64,000 bases of DNA from Azolla caroliniana (taxonomy: Eukaryota; Plantae; Polypodiophyta): positions 6,696,001 to 6,760,000 of the forward strand of contig JBHGNT010000020.1 of assembly GCA_043228905.1 (NCBI GenBank), read 5' to 3'. Shown here one piece after another: positions 1-11,882 of the stretch. A model generated the notes under the pieces. It did no database searches, was not told the DNA's origin, and worked only from the letters and a program-made list of their open reading frames with translations. A program made the position numbers and the translations under genes. Numbering within the stretch: the first letter of the stretch is position 1; every line of letters starts with the position of its first letter.

Positions 1-1
1 T

Positions 2-853
2 GGCCTTCGAGGCCAACAGCTGTTGCCGTTTGGAAGCCGTCCTTGGTGTGCCGTCCGGCACTCTTCCTCGCTTCTTGGGTTGGACAGTCTGAACGGGTGG
101 CACCAGCAAGGTGAGCCACTGCGTTACGGCGTGCCATATCCTTCGTCCGTCTCGGCCTTCTTTGCCGTCTTTGCCTCTGACGATCTCGATCGCCGCACAC
201 AACCCGTCTGCGATCAATACCAGCCAATCCACCTTGATCCCTTCATAGGTGGCGATGATCATCCCTGCCCGGTTCTGCGGCATGACAGGGGGTCTAGGGT
301 ATACGTGGCCGTATTCATGGAGCACACGAGCAATTTCGCGGAACAGCATATCTCCGCCACCCTGTGTCCGGTAGCCCTTGCTGGCTAGAGAGTACTCACC
401 AAAATATCTGATGAGTTGCTCCGGGTTTGGATTGTCGATCGTTAGTATGCCTCCCTCCGGAAGGCCTGTTAATGCTCGAATCGCCTCTGCCGTTATGACC
501 TCTGTATCGATTTCCTTGATCACTTTGTCGGCTTCTTTGTGTGGCGGTACTTCCATCATCATCAAGAAGCCCTCGAGCCCGTGTTGCTTCAGCCATGTCT
601 TGGCGGCTTCCGACAGCGTTTGCGGGTCCATCTCTGGGTCGAGGTCGGATTGCGGTGATGAGGATGGATGGTGATGAGAGCGGGGTTGAGAAAGAGAGAG
701 TTCAAAAGGCGGGGGTTCTCTGTGTGCAGGTTCTCTTCTGATAATCTTGCAGCGTTTCGGTGCTTCTGTGCTCCTGGGTTCGCGAAAGTAGAGGGTCTCT
801 ACGCGCAATGGTTTTTGTCTGTGCATTCTGGCGCCTTTTTCGAGTTTGTGCAT
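2..853 (-). CDS. Extra sense ORF downstream of integrase (284 aa or more, runs off the window; env-like/accessory ORF position of Athila-type elements)
   Basis: Manual translation from ATG at 853 (MHKLEKGARM...MDPQTLSEAAKTWLKQHGLEGFLMM...IIATYEGIKVDWLVLIADGL...) shows no stop down to base 2. It is missing from the ORF track because the stop is outside the window. Confidence 0.7.
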   Translation of the reverse strand, partial: MHKLEKGARMHRQKPLRVETLYFREPRSTEAPKRCKIIRREPAHREPPPFELSLSQPRSHHHPSSSPQSDLDPEMDPQTLSEAAKTWLKQHGLEGFLMMMEVPPHKEADKVIKEIDTEVITAEAIRALTGLPEGGILTIDNPNPEQLIRYFGEYSLASKGYRTQGGGDMLFREIARVLHEYGHVYPRPPVMPQNRAGMIIATYEGIKVDWLVLIADGLCAAIEIVRGKDGKEGRDGRRIWHAVTQWLTLLVPPVQTVQPKKRGRVPDGTPRTASKRQQLLASKA

Positions 854-1003
854 GTCGCGTACTTAAAATAGCATTATGTCCTGTGGTGGCGCTTTAAATG
901 CCCTCTACGTACCTTTTCGCTCCACGCTCTTTCATCCATTCATTCCTCGCTTTTGCATGATTGTTTTTTTTTTTTTTCAGTTATTATTATTATTAGTGTG
1001 ACG

Positions 1004-2365
1004 TCACATGTCCGTTGGTCCTCCCGGACCCTTACCAGCCTCATTCTCTCCGGTTCCCGGCTTTCCGTCTCTGCCGTCTTGGTGGTTGCTGTCGGTCCTT
1101 TGCTCAAACGGGTTCTTAGGCATCGGTCCTCTATATGCCTTTAACCGGAATCCGTTGACCCATTTGCCCAGCACTTCGCCGGCAAGTGTCCCCAACTGGT
1201 AGGACCCATTATACTCCCGTGTTAGCCAATATGGTTCGGTCCATCTAAACCTTAGTTTACCCGGCATCTTGCCCATCTGGGTTTGGAATACTAACACTGG
1301 TTTGCCGATTGCGAACATTTTTTCGTTACCTTTCCTGTGCCGGTCGACGAATGCTTTCCGTCGTCGTTGCTCCAATTCTAAATGTAGGATGTTGGCCAAC
1401 CGTTGTTCCTCCAGCTCACACAGCGCTGTCAACCTTATTGTCTCCGACTCCTTCTCGTTCAGCCGTTCTCGTAGTTGGATCCGTAAGCTCGGTACTTGAA
1501 ATTCTACCGGCATGACCGCCTCGAGTCCGAACGCCAACTGGAACGGTGTTGTTCGGATGCTCGTTTTGTATGCCGTCCGGTAAGCCCAAAGCGCGCTATG
1601 TAGCTTTGTGTCCCAATCTGTCTGGTTCTCGTTGACGATCTTCCGAAGGATGTTCTGGAGCGTCTTGTTTGTTGATTCTGCTAATCCGTTCGCCTGTGGA
1701 TAGTAAGGTGTGCTTCGTTTGTGGACCACGGCATAGAAGGTCGTTAGGCTTTCCACTACTTGTCCGAGAAAGTGCCCCCCTTGGTCACTTATCAATTCAA
1801 TGGGGCATCCGTAACGGCACCAGATGTACTCATATAGAAACTTTGCCGTTGACGCAGCGGTGTTATCCCGTAAAGCTTTGGCCTCCACCCATTTCGTGCA
1901 ATAATCCGTAGCAACAATAACGTACCGATTACCCGTTCTCATTGCCGGTGGCTTGAACAGTCCTACAAAGTCCAGCCCCCACTTTTGGAATGGCTCGAGT
2001 GGTAGTACCAGCTGGTGTGGCATACGAGCCTGCTCCGTTGGCTGGCCCATTCTCTGGCATAGGTCACATTCTTTTGCGTACCGTACCGCATCTCTTAATG
2101 TCGTTGGCCACCATAGGCCACTTTGCCATATTTTTCTGGCCGTCGCATCTCCAGCATAGTGACCTCCGGCAACTCCGCAGTGGGCTTCCCTTAGTATCAG
2201 TTCCTTTTCATCGCTGCGCACCGCCCGTCTCCATATGCCGTCAGCACCCTTGTGATACAGTGTGTCTTGCAGTAAGCAGAAATGTCGGCTTTGTACCGCC
2301 AAGCGTTTCCGTTCGTCCCTGTTCAGCTCTTCCGGAGGCAGTCCTGTGCTCAGAAACTGGTGCAT
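1004..2365 (-). pseudogene. Gypsy integrase (HHCC zinc finger, DDE core, GPY/F-like tail)
   Basis: AHCGVAGGH...CDLC, WGLDFVG, LISDQG, QANGLAESTNK. Separated from RNase H by an in-frame TAG at 2387-2389. Confidence 0.9.
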
Positions 2366-2386
2366 ATTTGTGAGCCACTTGTCTTC

Positions 2387-5300
2387 CTAGGCCACTGTCT
2401 CATCTGCTGCCGTCTCCGTAGTGACTCGAAACAGCTCCGCATCCGGAAACTCATCCGGTACTCCGTCACCCGTCTCTCCGGACTCCAATCGGCTTAAGTA
2501 ATCTGCTACGGCATGCTGTATACCGGGTTGGTGGAATATTTCAAACTCGAACTCCTGTAACAATAAGGTCCACCGGGCCAATTTGCCGGTGAGTGACGCC
2601 TTGGACACCAGGTAAAGGAGTGCCGAATGATCTACATGGAAGGAAAACTTCCTTCCCAATAAATAGTGCCGAAATTTTGTCACACTGTAGATCATTCCTA
2701 GAGCTTCCCGTTCCGTAGTAGAGAGTAGTTCCGTTCTGCTTGGGATAGCTTCCGGCTGGCTTTGTACACTGGCCGGTACCACTTTGGTTCCGTAAGCTGC
2801 ATCAGTACGCTTCTGATTGCGATGTCGGAGGCGTCCACGAACACGTGAAATTCTTTACTCCAATCTGGAGGTTGTACTACCGGTGCCTGCGACAATAGTA
2901 CCTTGAGGGCCTTATACGCCCTATCCTCAGTATCGGTCCACTGGAATGGTGTCCGATGTACGGCGGCATGCAACGGTGTAGCCAGGTCGGCCAAGTATCG
3001 GAGCATCCGGCTGTGCCACCGGATCTGGCCTAAGAACCGGCTTAATGCCTTTGTCGTTGCCGGCGCCGGTGCTTCTAATATGGCTTTCACTTTGTCCGGG
3101 TCGACTGCAATACCTTCATGGCTCACGATATGTCCTAATAAAGTTCCACTGGACACGCCAAATACACACTTTGCCGGATTCAAGCTTAGCCGATACGCTC
3201 TACACTTTTCTAGACAAAGACGGAGGTGCTGAAAATGGTCCTGCTCCCGGCTATAGACGGCGAAATCGTCAAGGAAAACCTGCATAAAAGCCGGTATATA
3301 TTCACCAAAGATTTCCATGATGATTCTTTGAAACGTTGCCGGTGCCGTTTTGAGTCCAAACATCATCACCACGGCCACCAACACCCCCCATTCGGTGACG
3401 AATGCCATTTTCTCTTGGTCGTCGGGGTGCATCCGGATCTGATTATATCCGCTGAATCCGTCTAGGAAGCTATAGACCTCATGGCCGGCGACGGCATCCA
3501 ACACTCCATCTGTGAACGGAAGTGGAAATGCATCCGTTACCGTAGCCGCATTGAGTTTCTGGTAGTCCACGCAAACTCGAATTTTTCCGTTCTTCTTCGG
3601 TACGACTACGATCGGGCTCAGCCATGTCGCTTTCTTTACCGGACGGATAAAGCCAACTCTTAGCAATTTGTCGATTTCTTCCTTGACCTTGGCAGCATAA
3701 TTGGGATTCATTCGGTACCGTCTTTGTGCCACTGGTTTTGCGTCCTTGCTCAAGTGCACTTGATGCTGGTATAACTGAGGGTCGAGTCCTCGCATGTCTT
3801 CGTATGACCAGGCGAATACGTCGCGAAATTCCGTGAGAAGTGTTATCATCGCCGTTTTGTCTCCAGACTTCATCTCCTTGGCGATGTGCACCGGTTTTGC
3901 TTCGTCTGTGGTGCCTAAATTCACCTCTTCCAATTGCGATGCTTTTACGCGCTGTGAAACGGCCATTTCCCGTTCCAACACTTCCTGTGCTTGCCGTAAC
4001 TCCCGGATTGCGTCTTTATCCGGATCTGCTTCCGCCTCTTCCGGTTGCGGTAAGTACGGTGCTACGGCTTCGGCAATGTCAATTTCGAAGAAGGGTATGA
4101 TCTTCGGGTTTTCCTGCAGGTATTGAGCTTCTTCTTCGTCCGCTAACCCTTCGAGCATGTTGACGCATTCCGCGTACAACGGTGTACATTCCTTGCCAGT
4201 GCTCGTCCTTGGCTGTGTTGGTACCCGTACCTTGGCTTTTCCTCGCCGGAAGGTAATTATATTTTTTCGCCAATTCTGTTTGATATGTGCCGTTTTCAAC
4301 CATGGCCGCCCCAGCAATAACGGGTATGCGCCTTGTGCCTGTAATTGTAGCACTACGGCCGAGATGTGAAATGTATGCCCGCCAACGGTGACTTCTAATT
4401 TCCGTATTAATCCAGTCGGCCGCACTAAGCTTGTATCGGCCATCCGTAACCAGAACGGACACGGCTCCCACTCGTGGATTCCTAGGTCCTCACACATCCG
4501 GAGGCTTATTACATTTACCCCAGAGCCTCCGTCTATAACTGTGCCGGGGAGTTCTTTCCCTTTTACAATGGCAGTGATTACCGGACTGCTGGTGTCTACC
4601 ACTGTTGGTCCCTCCTCCGGATTCGAGAAGAGTACCGGTGCCGGTGATGGTTCTCCTGTCGTCATGGCCGTCTTCAGTCCTTCCGTGAATCTAGGCACGA
4701 GTTGTAGGAGTCTTCCTAGTGGTAACGTAATCTGGCATTCTTGCAACGCCTGCCATGTCTCGTTCTCGGAGTGACTACCGCCGGCAAGCCCTGCGGTGTT
4801 CTCCTTTTGCTGCTGTAAGTCTGTGACATTCTGCTCGTTTGCTTTCTTTACCCATTCCGTTGCTTGTTTGCGGATGGTCTCCTGTGTCTCCCATTCTTTG
4901 GCCATGCCCTTCGACCTTGTGGTCACCTGCTGCAGGTCTGCCACCTCAGGGACTACCATATTTACCGTCGGTCGTTTTTCATAGCTCTTCACCGGGCATT
5001 GGTTACTATAATGGCCTTCCTGTCGGCAGTAGTAGCAGTAGGCTTTCCGGGCATTGCTAGATTCGGCATTGTCTGTTGTACCCGGGGCAGGTCCTACGGT
5101 ACGCGCGGGGTTTTGTACCGGTTGGCTACTTGGAGCGCCTTGTTCCGGATCCCGGGGGTAGCCGCCTTTTTTTAAATGCCATTTTTTGTTAAAGCTCTTC
5201 TTATTACGGTACTCTTGATGGGGTTGCCCGTTATATCTGCCGTATTCCTCTCGTTGCTGACGATACTCGGGGGAGTGCTCCCGGTCGTACTGTTCGTATC

Positions 5301-5769
5301 GTCTATTGTAATCCTGGTACCGATCATGCCGGTCATAGTTCTCTCGCCGATCACCGTACCGGACATCATTTTCCCGTCGCTCGCCGTACTGGACATCATT
5401 ATCCCGTCGCTCGCCATACCGGACATTATTTTCCCGTCGCTCGCCATACCGGACATCTTGTGCCGGTCGGTCACGGTCCATTCGCCGCCAGCGTTCGTCT
5501 TCTTCATCCCGGCTGCTGCGTGGCTCAATTTGTCGGGCGAGTGGTGCTTGCCGAGTCAACAGATTATACTCGCACCTATCCGTCGTATGGCTCTTGGATT
5601 GACAGATTACACATTGCGTCCTCATAGTGCATTCTAGAGCCGAGTGTCCGGAATTCAAGCAGGTTGTGCACTGTATTGCTTGCCGAAACCGGAGGTCTTC
5701 ATCGGACGGTAGCGCCCGTTGAAGTGCGCCCAGCGTGAGCCAGGAGCTTGTCTTTTCCATCTCTTTCAC
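2387..5769 (-). pseudogene. Gag zinc knuckles, aspartic protease, RT and RNase H of the Athila-like element
   Basis: Three CCHC knuckles (CTTCLNSGHSALEC, CVICQSKSHTTDRC, CYYCRQEGHYSNQC), protease IDGGS, RT FLDD. Frameshift near 2720 inside RNase H (AERNYS / TTEREAL). Confidence 0.9.
5356..5458. repeat. 30-bp in-frame tandem repeat in Gag (DVRYGERREN, about 3.5 copies)
   Basis: Units of the form rtaccggacatyattwtcccgtcgctcgcc are directly visible. Confidence 0.85.
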
Positions 5770-5781
5770 CCGGTCAATGAC

Positions 5782-6840
5782 CTAGTCGATGGTACTTGTG
5801 CGGAAATCGATTACCGTGCAAACCGTGCGTAGGGGTTCCCGAAGCGCATTTAGGAATATCGTCTGTAATTCCTCCTCCAGGGGTGCACGAGTAAGCTGAC
5901 TATGCATCCGTTGAAACCGGATGACAAATTGGGGAATGCTCTCCCCTGCCTCTTGCCGGATGGTATAAAATAAGCCTACCATTACGGTCTGGTCCACCTC
6001 CTTTTGAAAAAATTGCATGAATTTAGCTTTTAAATTTGCAAAGGTGTTGATGGTAGACGGGTCCTGCGTCCGGCGCCATCTTGCTACTGGTCCCTCCAAT
6101 GTGACACCAAATTCCGCTATCTTAGAGCGTTCTTCTTCTTCTGGGGTCAATCTCTGGGACACATGGTTGGCTTCCCATGTCTGTTCAAAGGCGTGCACAT
6201 GAGCTTCCGCGTCCGGATCATCTCTATACTTGGAGTACTGGAACGGCATGTCGTCGTCCGGTATCGGTGCGCAGGCTGGTAGTGTTGGTGCTCGTTCCAG
6301 AATTTTCTCCGGTGTCGGTGGTCTTTCCCGATTTGATTCCGGTGTCGGTTGTTTCTCTTCCTTTGGTGACGGAGGCCTCTCCTCCTCGACTTCCGGTGAC
6401 GGAGGTCGTTCTTCTTCTGCTGGTTCCGGGGGTTCCAGCGTTAGCACTTCCGGTTCCGGTTCCGGTGTCGGTAAGGTATCCGATCCTTCGTCCTCCGGTC
6501 CGCCCGGGGTTTCGTTGCTGCTACGGTAGTTCGTGTGCACGTTGTATTCCCCTTCGGAGTCTGATTCATATGCTGAAAAGGCCTCTGCTTCGCCTTCTCC
6601 GTTTGCCAACGCGTGGAGAAGGGATTCGGTTTCCCGGAGGCTGCTTAGGTTGCTGCCGTCATCCGGGTGCGATGTTTGCTGTAACCAATGGGAGTCATCC
6701 GCTACTCTCCGGATTACGTTGGAAAACGAGCGATCCGCTCTAATTTCCTGCGCCGCTTGCTGGAAAGCCTCGCGTCTCCTTTGCCTTTCGGCAAGGCGTC
6801 GAGTTCGATCTGTAACCAGGTCGTGCGTTGATCTAGACAT
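5782..6840 (-). pseudogene. N-terminal Gag (retrotransposon capsid domain)
   Basis: Likely ATG at 6840 (MSRSTHD), Glu/Pro-rich linker, IRQEAGESIPQFVIRF Gag motif. In frame with 5769 across a single TAG at 5782-5784. Confidence 0.8.
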
Positions 6841-6961
6841 CCATCCGTGTCGTCGTTCGCTGCAAAAACAGGAATTGTGGTTGCCAAAAACTGTGTTAAC
6901 TCTTCGGGCCGGACAATGGCCTAACACACAGGGTGTCTACGGGAGACACTTCACCAAAGGG

Positions 6962-7328
6962 TGTTACGGCAACCGGATTAGACTTCAACGCTTAATCCGA
7001 CTTAATCAAGTTACTTATTAGGATCGTCTTCATAACACGCGTAAGATATAACAATTAAGACAGAACGGCAATTAACACAAAGATATAACAACGCTTAAGC
7101 TTTCATTAATTAACCGCTAACTATTACATTGTATCCGGACCTTTAAATAGGTTTCCGGTCTGTATTACAAAACGGTGCCATCCGCACCTGTTCGGGATCG
7201 GTCCGGATCCGGAACGGCATACCGATTCCGGTCTGTCCGTCCACACTCATAGCTTAATTACAACCACATTCCTACTACTTAATTAGCTCTCCGTTTCCCA
7301 CTCTAGACTCCTTTGCCGGCCGGTAACA
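6962..7328 (-). repeat. 5' LTR of the Athila-like element (367 bp)
   Basis: TGTTAC...GTAACA termini; TATA-like CTATTTAAAG on the minus strand at 7141-7150; predicted TSD GGATG at 7329-7333. Confidence 0.8.
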
Positions 7329-7333
7329 GGATG

Positions 7334-9170
7334 TTGAAAACATCATTACTAAAAAACCTATGAATGACTCAAACATGGATACGAACCCCATACACGACGT
7401 GGGGCAATCTGTTGAAGATGTCAAACTAAATGGTGAGTTGATGTACATTCTTGTAACCATTATTGAAGTAAGTATATATTGGATTTTTCTAATGTAAATG
7501 TCACACCAATGTTGTAGTGGCCCCTATGTCCCTCTTCAATTGTGGAAGAGATTCGATAGGTATCAAATGTCACACATGTATCATTGGAGGTTCATGCATA
7601 AAAGAGGTACGATGGTTTCACAAGAAAGCTGAGATGGAGGCTCACTTATCGAAGGCACGTGGCATTAGTGTAATACTACCTCGGGGGTTGAAGATAGAGG
7701 AAGAAAAGAAATCGACCTCCATGAAGAGCACAACCACCTCATTCTTCAGCAACTACGAAAGACAACAATTGGTAAGGCGTTTTTTGGATCCTGAGCTAAA
7801 GTACAATAGATCACGTTAATCATACATGAGGAAGTTCAAGACAAGAGTGATTAACATCTTCAATGCCACTACGAACGCACTTTGAACATCCAACGAGGTC
7901 GATTTAATTGCCTAATTCATTAGCCAAGACATGGTCAGGTACGACGGGGGGAAGGAGCACCGGATGACAAAACTGAAGTTGAAGGTTGCAGTTGCGTCTG
8001 AATCTTATGTAAGTATGGTAAATGATTATGTGTGCCTCTTATGTGAGTCTAAATCTAGTGTGTGAATGGTTATGTGTGAATCTTATGTATGAATTTCAGT
8101 GTAAGAATCATGGGTTTCCCATGCCAGAAGATGTGGCAAATGTAGAGACCAATGGTGGTCAGGACCAACTGTTAGAATCGACAACCCGACAACCAAGGAG
8201 GCCGAAAATCCAAATCTACAAGACAAAAGTGGACCCATCCAAATTGCAGGACATTACATCATCCGACACAGATGAGGATGAGGACATTGGGATTGTCTTT
8301 GTTAGTCCTGGGACAGTCACGAAAACATGGGATAACACAACAAGAAATAAGTTCACTAGGTATGTCGTTATGGTGGGGGCATGAGATCAAGAGTTAACTT
8401 CATGTTTTTTTATACTTGTTAATCTAGCCTAATAAACAGGTTTCATGTGGCTTGCCGAACACTAGATCTAGTGGTCTTTGTGACTAAGGTAGAACTATGT
8501 TCGTTGTGCATTGTAGGGGAGATGGCATCCATGTGGATGATGACCCTCTTCCACTTATGGATGGAGTACTCACAACCCCTCGAGATCGACAAGTGGTTTC
8601 ATATTGTTGATCCATTATGCGTACAACTAGAAGGGCAAAGTGATAAGGTAGAAGACATACTCACTCAGGTCCCTGAACGGGTATATGTCTTCATTCCCAT
8701 ATTGCACTCAGGGCATTGGGTGCATTGGATGAAGATGTGGCAGACTCCTACAGGTCTCGATGCCAAGAAGGTGAGGAGCCCAATTGTTTTTTGTGATCCA
8801 TTGAATAATCATCCGACATGAAGACATTGGGTGATTTGGTCGTACGAAATATCTCTAGCGCTGCGCACGACCATTGCATCATCAGCGATGAGCGGTTCCA
8901 TGTATTGTGTATCCCGGCCCAACCTAATGGGACGGATTGTGGGTATTATGTGATGCAAACCATTCGGATGTTGGTCGAGGAATTCATTCAAGGATTTGAG
9001 TCTGATGATTTTGTATGTACGGGTTAGGATTCAATATTAGCATTTGTTTTTGTAAGGGCTTAGGGTTGATGGCAGCTTGTGGTGTAGGGTAAGGACCCCA
9101 CGCCTGTATTCAAAGACGTGGAGCTCCTTCAAAAAATCATGGCGAAATGGGCACGAAGGACTGTGGGTTT
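7334..9170 (+). pseudogene. Intron-containing Ulp1/peptidase C48 (SUMO protease-like) pseudogene, probably transposon-borne
   Basis: FIPILHSGHW...FCDPL...QPNGTDCGYYV supplies the H-D-(Q)-C catalytic set. GT-AG introns (e.g. about 7432-7517). Frameshift at about 8818. 5' part is cut by the Gypsy insertion. Confidence 0.75.
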
Positions 9171-9774
9171 AGGGTTATTTTAATCATTCGGAATTGTACT
9201 TTGTAACATCAAATATATGATCTCGGTGTACTATCTAATGCCGACCTTTTTTATATATTTCTTTTGTAAGCCAGTCGTATATAGCTTTTTTGTGATATAT
9301 CTTTTTTGTATATTGGCCTTGAATATTAGAATCAAGGCTGCCAACTTTTTTGTATTTTGGAATCAAGGCGGCTAACCTTTTGTTTATTCTTAGTTGTATC
9401 AATATGGTTAATTTTGTAATATCAAATCAATATTTGAATCTCATTTTGGTTGTATATGACTCAATGTGAATCTTATTCCATGTGGAGTCAGATCTTGAGG
9501 AGTTTGAGATAATGGATTAAACCTTCTCTTTTTGAAGCTTTTAGATTCATACCTATATATATGTGTGTGGGTAAACTGTGTATGCACTACTTTAGTAAGA
9601 ACCTGTTTCTTGGTTGGGGGTCTTCTTAGTTGAGCTTTTTTATCACTTTATGAGACTAATGTGGGGGAGCAGATGCTCTGCTAGTGCTGAAATCATTCTC
9701 GAAGAGCTAAATTCATGCTTTGCTAGTGCTACATATGCCCTAATAAGTCAATAATGGAGAAGATAGGAATTGTG

Positions 9775-10569
9775 TGTTGGGAGACAGGTCCCTCCGGATG
9801 GGAAGAGAAAAGAACAGTGCTAATGAACAAACTCGGCCGAGGCCGAGACCGGATGAGCAATACCCAGCTGCGGAGAGCCAGATGATGCAGACCCGGTGAA
9901 GACCGGATGAGGAGTACCCAGCTACGGAGAGCCGGATGATGCAGACTCGGTGAAGATCGGATGAGGAGAGCCAGATGATGCAGACCCGGTGAAGACCGGA
10001 TGAGGAGTACCCGGCTACGGAGAGCCGGATGATGCAGACCCGGTGAGGACCGAATGAGGAGTACCCGGCTACGGAGAGCCAGATGGTGCTGACCCGGTGA
10101 GGAATGCTCACCAGACGAAGAGACATATTTGTAAATATGTTTCTGAGAGCCCATCGAGGCTATATTTGTAAATAGCCGAAAAGTCATATTAGTATAAATA
10201 TGACTTAGGGCAAACTTTTAGATGAGTTGTTGTCATTCTTGTTGGTAAAAGAATAGAGAGAACGCGTAACTGTGTACAGAGAGCAAGAGAGAAAGAGGTC
10301 GTTGCCTCTGTTGTAACCGCCGCCTGTGGCGAAGATCTGTGAGCACGAGGTCGTGGCCTTAGTGAACTCACTGTTGTACATTCTTACATAGTGACAGTTT
10401 GCAGCCTGTGGGCTGCCGTGGTTTTTCCCCTAGTTTGGGGTTTTCCACGTAAACCTCCTGTGTATCTTCCTCTTCTTTGTGTCGTGTTTTATTTCCCGTT
10501 TTTTCTGTGTATCATTCTAAGCTTGGTTGTGGCCGAGCGTTGTGCATAAGGAGCGTTGAGTTCCCGACA
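9775..10569 (+). mobile_element. Solo LTR of the Tork-like Copia family also present at 57102-64000
   Basis: TGTTGGGAGA...TTCCCGACA with perfect 5-bp TSD TTGTG (9770-9774 and 10570-10574). Reverse-complement match to 57102-57805. Confidence 0.92.
9849..10103. repeat. 54-bp tandem repeat inside the LTR (4x54 bp plus 1x39 bp)
   Basis: Units start at 9849, 9903, 9957 (short), 9996 and 10050. Confidence 0.85.
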
Positions 10570-10835
10570 TTGTGAACATTGCACTAAGGCACACAAAGTA
10601 ATCTACAATAATGTTATATGGGGAGTTTAATTGCTACTCTATTGCTACAGGAAAGTTCACATGCCCGTCCCCACAAAGTGATGAAAGAGAGGTTTCAAAA
10701 TGTGTAGCCCAATGTTTCAGCCACAAATGTGTAGCTCAAGTTTTAACGTTGAAAATTCTCTTTGAAATCCTCAAAAATCAATTAGCAACATATATCACTT
10801 GGAAGCTTAACTGATTTCAACATTCTAGTTGTTCC

Positions 10836-11370
10836 AATGAGGAGCCCGACTCATATCAAAGGAGGGAGCCCAACTCATTAATGAGGAGCCCAACTCATAT
10901 CAAAGGAGGGAGCCCGACTCATTAATAGACAGGTGTCGAACTACGTGTAATGATTGTGTTGCAACGATCATACTAACGATCACACTAAATTGATTCACCA
11001 AAGTCACTGGCATGCACTAAGAGGTGAACTCATTCACTTCATTCAGTCTATTAATCACTCGCACTAATTTCATTCACCTCGATCACAATCAAACCGCAAA
11101 AATCATTCACGAAGAGTTGGCATTCCTGCTCTTTCAATAAGAGCTGAACTCATTCTCGAACTAAATCATTGAAGAAGAGATGAAATCATTCACTTCATTC
11201 ATGTGCATTATCGGTCACATTGAAGTCATTTGAACTTCAATCACTGGCATTCATTTGAATTCATTCACTTCATTCATTGGAATAATCACTCACATTCACT
11301 TCATTCACCTCAATCATTGACATTCTCGATCACATTGTATTCACTCACTTCAATCACCATAGTAATCGAC
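10836..11370. repeat. GGAGCCCRACTC short repeats and CATTCAC/TTCA-rich low-complexity region upstream of the MULE transposase
   Basis: Four GGAGCCCRACTCAT motifs at 10840-10925, then many tcattcac/ttcattca motifs. Confidence 0.6.
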
Positions 11371-11381
11371 CACAACCATCA

Positions 11382-11465
11382 ATGGATAGCACAATGGATC
11401 ATGTTGTCTTTGCCATGTCGGAAGATGAATTAGAGGATACGTCATGGTCGTCCAGCGCATCGTTT
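11382..11465 (+). pseudogene. N-terminus of the MULE transposase, split by the Copia insertion
   Basis: MDSTMDHVVFAMSEDELEDTSWSSSASF joins in frame to VS*DELEMPF at 24550 once the inserts are removed. Confidence 0.75.
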
Positions 11466-11882
11466 TGAAAAAGAATATGTGTGTGAAAGCGTATGCGAAA
11501 CACAAAGTACACAGTTCGGAAAAACGACAGTTCAATAAAACAGAAAATGCAGAGATGAAGATGGAGAGGGAGAGACAGAGACAGAGCAGACAACTCAGTT
11601 CTATTTCAAAATAATGACACTCTGTACATACATCGTGCTCAGTGAGCACCTTTTATACGAGCCTTGACAATTGGGCTGACACAAGTACTGACAGTACTTG
11701 ACCGCTCATAAATGAGCCACGACACTCACTCCCAAAATTATTCCTTACGAGGAATATCTCTCTAACGGCCTTTCGGTTTACACACCAATATGGCCAAGTT
11801 GTGCGTACTAACTTACGCGTCCAGTCTACGCACTGGGTTACGCATCATATTACGCACCTGATGTTGAGCTTGCTACTCAACA
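11466..11882 (-). repeat. 3' LTR of the Copia
   Basis: TGAAAAAGAA...CTCAACA, matching 23442-23858. PPT (AGGGGGAG on minus) at 11883-11890. Confidence 0.92.

Larger units (their letters stand above)
1..7328 (-). mobile_element. Ty3/Gypsy LTR retrotransposon, Athila-like (non-chromovirus OTA group); 3' end lies outside the window
   Basis: Minus-strand order gag-PR-RT-RH-INT-extra ORF. RT motifs WLSPIVVVPKK, FLDGFSGYNQI, FLDD. Single RNase H (DASD...LARWTLLLQEF). Integrase ends in GKLRFRW..PY / VNGFRLKAY with no chromodomain. 5' LTR at 6962-7328. Confidence 0.9.

Noticed and set aside
5782-5784. Programmed stop-codon read-through between gag and pol
   Set aside because: The TAG lies within Gag before the knuckles, lacks a CARYYA context, and similar CAG>TAG stops occur throughout the TEs. 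Decay is more likely.
2903-7021. Many plus-strand ORFs antisense to the Gypsy pol (also at 15363-16980 and 21649-22752)
   Set aside because: Shadow frames of GC-rich coding sequence with no recognisable motifs.
9055-9180. Telomere-like TAGGGTT motifs
   Set aside because: Only isolated 1-2 unit occurrences, not an interstitial telomeric array.
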